57,104 nucleotides of DNA, taken from NCBI GenBank assembly GCA_016182205.1, contig JACOXW010000012.1:1-57104 (forward strand), in the 5' to 3' direction. This document shows positions 55,001 to 57,104 of this stretch, one piece after another. This stretch comes from Candidatus Levyibacteriota bacterium. Lineage in GTDB: Bacteria; Patescibacteriota; Microgenomatia; Levybacterales; UBA12049. How positions within the stretch are numbered: position 1 is the first letter of the stretch; every line of letters begins with the position of its first letter. The notes under the pieces were generated by a model. It made no database searches. It was not told where the DNA came from and saw nothing but the letters and a program-made list of their open reading frames with translations. Position numbers and translations under genes: made by a program.

Positions 55001-55434
55001 GTAAAAAACACTCCTGGTGAACGAACAAGTTGACTCACAACTGCACGTTCGATTCCGTTCACAATAAATGTACCGCGATTTGTCATTTCTGGAATATCTC
55101 CTAAAAATACTTCTTGTGTCTGGGTTTTACCAGTCTTTTTATTTGTTAAAGTTGCCTTTACATAAAGAGGGATATCAAAAGTTACACCTTTTGCTAAAGC
55201 CTGTTGTGGGGTAATGGAAGGTTTACCAAATCGATAATCAGTAAGTTCAAGACTCCACGATTTCTCGGTAAAATCATTAATTGGAGAAATTTCCTTCAAC
55301 TGCTCTCCTATCGCAACATCTTTAAACCATTGATATGATTCTTTTTGAGCAGCGAGTAAATCGAGTTGTGGAAGAGTAGTATACGTTCTTCCCCAATTTT
55401 GTCTAATATGATCGTTTTTATCTTGCTTTGCCAT
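52042..55434 (-). CDS. rpoB: DNA-directed RNA polymerase subunit beta, with an acidic C-terminal tail
   Basis: Full-length RpoB similarity (GRHGNKGVISKI, GGQRLGEMEVWALE). The C-terminal ~60 aa are rich in Glu. Confidence 0.98.
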   Translation of the reverse strand: MAKQDKNDHIRQNWGRTYTTLPQLDLLAAQKESYQWFKDVAIGEQLKEISPINDFTEKSWSLELTDYRFGKPSITPQQALAKGVTFDIPLYVKATLTNKKTGKTQTQEVFLGDIPEMTNRGTFIVNGIERAVVSQLVRSPGVFFTATPDPITGKMLYSAEIRPTHGSWLEFATTRHDTITVKIDRRRKFLASTFLRAIGLSTNEEIEHRFQDLIAQEGTDGAAFIKNTIEKDETQNETEAIIEIFRRMHPGEPIVLDKVRENFNGLFFNNRRYDLGRVGRYKINRKLRDTPGFVESSEQVLTVGDIVGTMAYLIQLIQGRGLIDDIDSLANRRVRRAGELVATTAFRIGILRLERSIKERMSLIQPDVPVSVAGLINARPVMASINEFFRTSQLSTILDQTNPLSEVDNLNRLTVMGSGGISRERASFSIRDINSSQYSRICPIRSPEGPNIGLVTYLALYSRINEYGFLEAPYRKVQHQKRGSKIVSKALEEITYLSADDEQDYYITHAMSLTDEGIIFHDRIDARYQGEFLEVEKEKIEYVDVIPRQVVGSAASLIPFVAHDEANRALMGTHMQCQAVPLVKPESPVVGTGMERYIAEVMGRVIYAPFDGIVIQVDGSTLVLEGKNGQKASYNIESFRRTSQATAYTQKPVVKIGEKVKKGDLLIDGPSSEHGELALGQNLVIAYASLDGLGYEDAIVISERLVKEDVLSSIHIEKYEASVVETKLGPEETTRDIPNVSEEDLANLDEDGIVVVGSEVGPGDILVGKIAPKGETELTAEERLLRAIFGEQAREVRDTSLRVPHGERGTVISVQTLDRKSGDELEPGTIRKILVEVAQFRHVVVGDKLAGRHGNKGVISKILPEADMPYLEDGSPVDIVISPISVLARMNLGQLLEAHLGFAAKKLGYKVSTPVFEKVSEDKIVSSLKSAGLPVSGKSRLFDGRTGKMYENPVVVGIEYIMKLIHMVEDKTHARSTGPYSLVTQQPLGGKAQMGGQRLGEMEVWALESHRARYILQEMLTIKSDDIVGRAKAFEAIVKGMDIPTPKVPESFKVLIKELQGLALNVVPIHATVYNEQAEIPAATTAAEEKTEKEVKEFEEELGAEEVMNEKGEEGIHVGDVGEEPETKSE

Positions 55435-55470
55435 CTGGAATTTCTGGTGCAGCTCAGGTACTTATACAAC

Positions 55471-55494
55471 AAAAAAAGCAGGGGACTATCCCCC
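55471..55494 (-). promoter_or_regulatory. hairpin plus U7 inside the rpoB 5' leader (attenuator-like)
   Basis: On the minus strand, GGGGGA-UAG-UCCCCU is followed by GC and U7 (the A-run at 55471-55477). It lies between the promoter at 55524-55553 and the ATG at 55434. Confidence 0.45.
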
Positions 55495-55523
55495 ATAATC
55501 TTTTTGAAGATTCAGGTGTTATG

Positions 55524-55553
55524 TGTATACCACGCTTTCTTCTTCTCTGTCAA
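55524..55553 (-). promoter_or_regulatory. rpoB promoter TTGACA-N18-TATACA with TGg extended -10
   Basis: Reverse complement of TGTCAA (55548-55553) and TGTATA+CCA (55524-55532). Confidence 0.55.
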
Positions 55554-55625
55554 TACCCTATAGTAAAGATTGCTTAATCTCTTTATTATTTCCCCCATAA
55601 ATAAAAGTAATTCATAGCGTATTCA

Positions 55626-55634
55626 TGCTATAAT
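55626..55634 (+). promoter_or_regulatory. extended -10 promoter (TGCTATAAT), 6 nt before the alaS ATG
   Basis: Read directly from the sequence. There is no SD. Confidence 0.5.
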
Positions 55635-55640
55635 CTGAAT

Positions 55641-57104
55641 ATGTTAACCGCCTCTGATATTATCACAAAGTATATTACCTTTTTTGAAGCACGTGGACAT
55701 AAACGGATACTCAATTCTCCTTTGGTACCAGAAAATGACCCAACCACTCTTTTTACTTCATCCGGTATGCAACCACTGGTTTCTTATTTACTTGGAGAAA
55801 CTCATCCTGCAGGAAAAAGATTAGTAGATGTTCAAAATGCATTCCGAGCGGTTGATATAGATGAAGTTGGTGATAATAGGCATATAACATTTTTTCGAAT
55901 GCTTGGTAACTGGAGTTTGGGAGATTACTTTAAAAAAGAGCAACTTCCGTGGATCTTTGAATTTTTAACCAAGAATTTACAGCTTGATCCAAAAAAACTT
56001 TATGTCACTGTTTTTGAAGGCGAGAAAGGTGTTTCAAGAGATGAAGAGTCGGTTGCTATATGGAAAGATCTCTTTACCGAAGTAGAATTGAATCCGGAAG
56101 AAAGAATTTATTATTACGGTTCGGAAAAGAATTGGTGGAGCAGATCAGGTACACCGGATAAAATGCCTGCAGGAGAACCCGGTGGTCCAGATAGTGAAAT
56201 ATTTTATGACTTTGGTGCAGACTTAGGAATACATGAAAATAGCCCATATAAAAATTCCCAATGTCATGTCAATTGTGACTGTGGAAGATTTATTGAAACA
56301 TGTAATAGCGTTTTCATGCAATATAAAAAGCAAGCTGACGGATCTCTTGCTCTTCTCCCCAAACCAAACGTAGATTTTGGTGGAGGAGTAGAACGATTGT
56401 TACAGGCTGTTGAAAATCAACCAGATGTTTTTAAAACCACTCTTCTCGCACCTATTATTAAAACCATCATACAAATCACGGAAAAACCTTACGAGGGTAA
56501 TGAAAAGAATATGCGTATTGTTACTGACCACTTTATTGCAAGTTCTTTTATCGTACTTGCAGGAATCGTTCCCTCAAATAAAGAACAAGGATACATATTA
56601 CGAAGACTCATCAGGCGAGGTATAGATCATTTGTACCAACTAAAAGAAACTCCATTGGTTTCTATAATTGAAACAATCGCAAACCAATATAAACAAACAG
56701 ATCCTCAGATCGTAGAAAAATTTGAGCTTATCAAAAATTTAATCGTATCAGAAGAACAAAAATATGCAAATACCAGAAAAGAAGCAAAGAAATTTATTCA
56801 GAAAAAATATAAAACGTTGCCAGCCGGCATACAGGTTGGGGATGAATTAAAAGGAGTAACTGAGATTTCACCCGACGATGCATTTGTTTTATATACCACA
56901 CATGGACTTTCACCTACACAAATAAAAAGTCTTGGATACACCTTTAATTACCAGGCATTCGCACGAAAGATGGAGGAGCACCAAAAGGTTTCGAGAAAAG
57001 GCGCGGACCACAAATTCAAAGGCGGGCTTGCAGATACAGAAGAGAAAACTGTCATGGGGCATACTGCAACTCATCTTTTACATCAAGCATTACGAGACGT
57101 TCTG
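55641..57104 (+). CDS. alaS: alanine--tRNA ligase, N-terminal 488 codons (3' end outside the window)
   Basis: Hand translation gives MLTASDIITKYITFFEARGHKRILNSPLVPENDPTLLFTSSGMQPL...RHITFFRMLGNWSLGDYFKKE, the canonical AlaRS catalytic-domain motifs. The frame stays open to the window end, which is why it is absent from the ORF track. Confidence 0.93.
   Translation, partial: MLTASDIITKYITFFEARGHKRILNSPLVPENDPTTLFTSSGMQPLVSYLLGETHPAGKRLVDVQNAFRAVDIDEVGDNRHITFFRMLGNWSLGDYFKKEQLPWIFEFLTKNLQLDPKKLYVTVFEGEKGVSRDEESVAIWKDLFTEVELNPEERIYYYGSEKNWWSRSGTPDKMPAGEPGGPDSEIFYDFGADLGIHENSPYKNSQCHVNCDCGRFIETCNSVFMQYKKQADGSLALLPKPNVDFGGGVERLLQAVENQPDVFKTTLLAPIIKTIIQITEKPYEGNEKNMRIVTDHFIASSFIVLAGIVPSNKEQGYILRRLIRRGIDHLYQLKETPLVSIIETIANQYKQTDPQIVEKFELIKNLIVSEEQKYANTRKEAKKFIQKKYKTLPAGIQVGDELKGVTEISPDDAFVLYTTHGLSPTQIKSLGYTFNYQAFARKMEEHQKVSRKGADHKFKGGLADTEEKTVMGHTATHLLHQALRDVL

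Overview
The window looks like a low-GC, tightly packed bacterial chromosome core, and most of it is conserved housekeeping genes. From about 55.4 kb down to 20.6 kb, most of the minus strand is the transcription/translation supercluster. Its order is rpoB-rpoC-rpsL-rpsG, then fusA, then tuf-S10/spc/alpha ribosomal-protein operons-secY-adk-map-infA-rpmJ-rpoA-rplQ-rplM-rpsI, with two accessory islands inserted. rpsE abuts rplO, so there is no L30 gene. Together with the small genes and sparse metabolism, this suggests a Patescibacteria/CPR-like organism; that placement is an inference. The window also holds recA-recX-rny-hup, an ABC-2 exporter with four tandem permease genes, RNase P RNA, tRNA-Pro(GGG), tsaD, rmuC, a UvrD-type helicase-nuclease fusion, a pncA-like/nadD/nadE group and the 5' part of alaS. 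The most unusual locus is at 4.6-7.0 kb. It has a complete class-I T-box riboswitch: promoter, Stem I with specifier loop, antiterminator and terminator. The most likely specifier is AGA and the antiterminator bulge is UGGC. Both match the tRNA-Arg(UCU, discriminator G) gene that starts 18 nt after the T-box terminator. That tRNA is followed by an orphan protein and a BtpA/SgcQ-family protein rather than any known T-box target. Three other patterns recur. Many promoter-proximal genes appear leaderless, with TGnTAnAAT followed by 6-9 nt and then ATG. Terminator-like hairpin/U-tract elements sit inside the 5' leaders of tuf, fusA and rpoB. Short inverted-repeat families occupy the spacers of the ribosomal-protein operons. 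I found no rRNA, CRISPR array, transposase or prophage genes.
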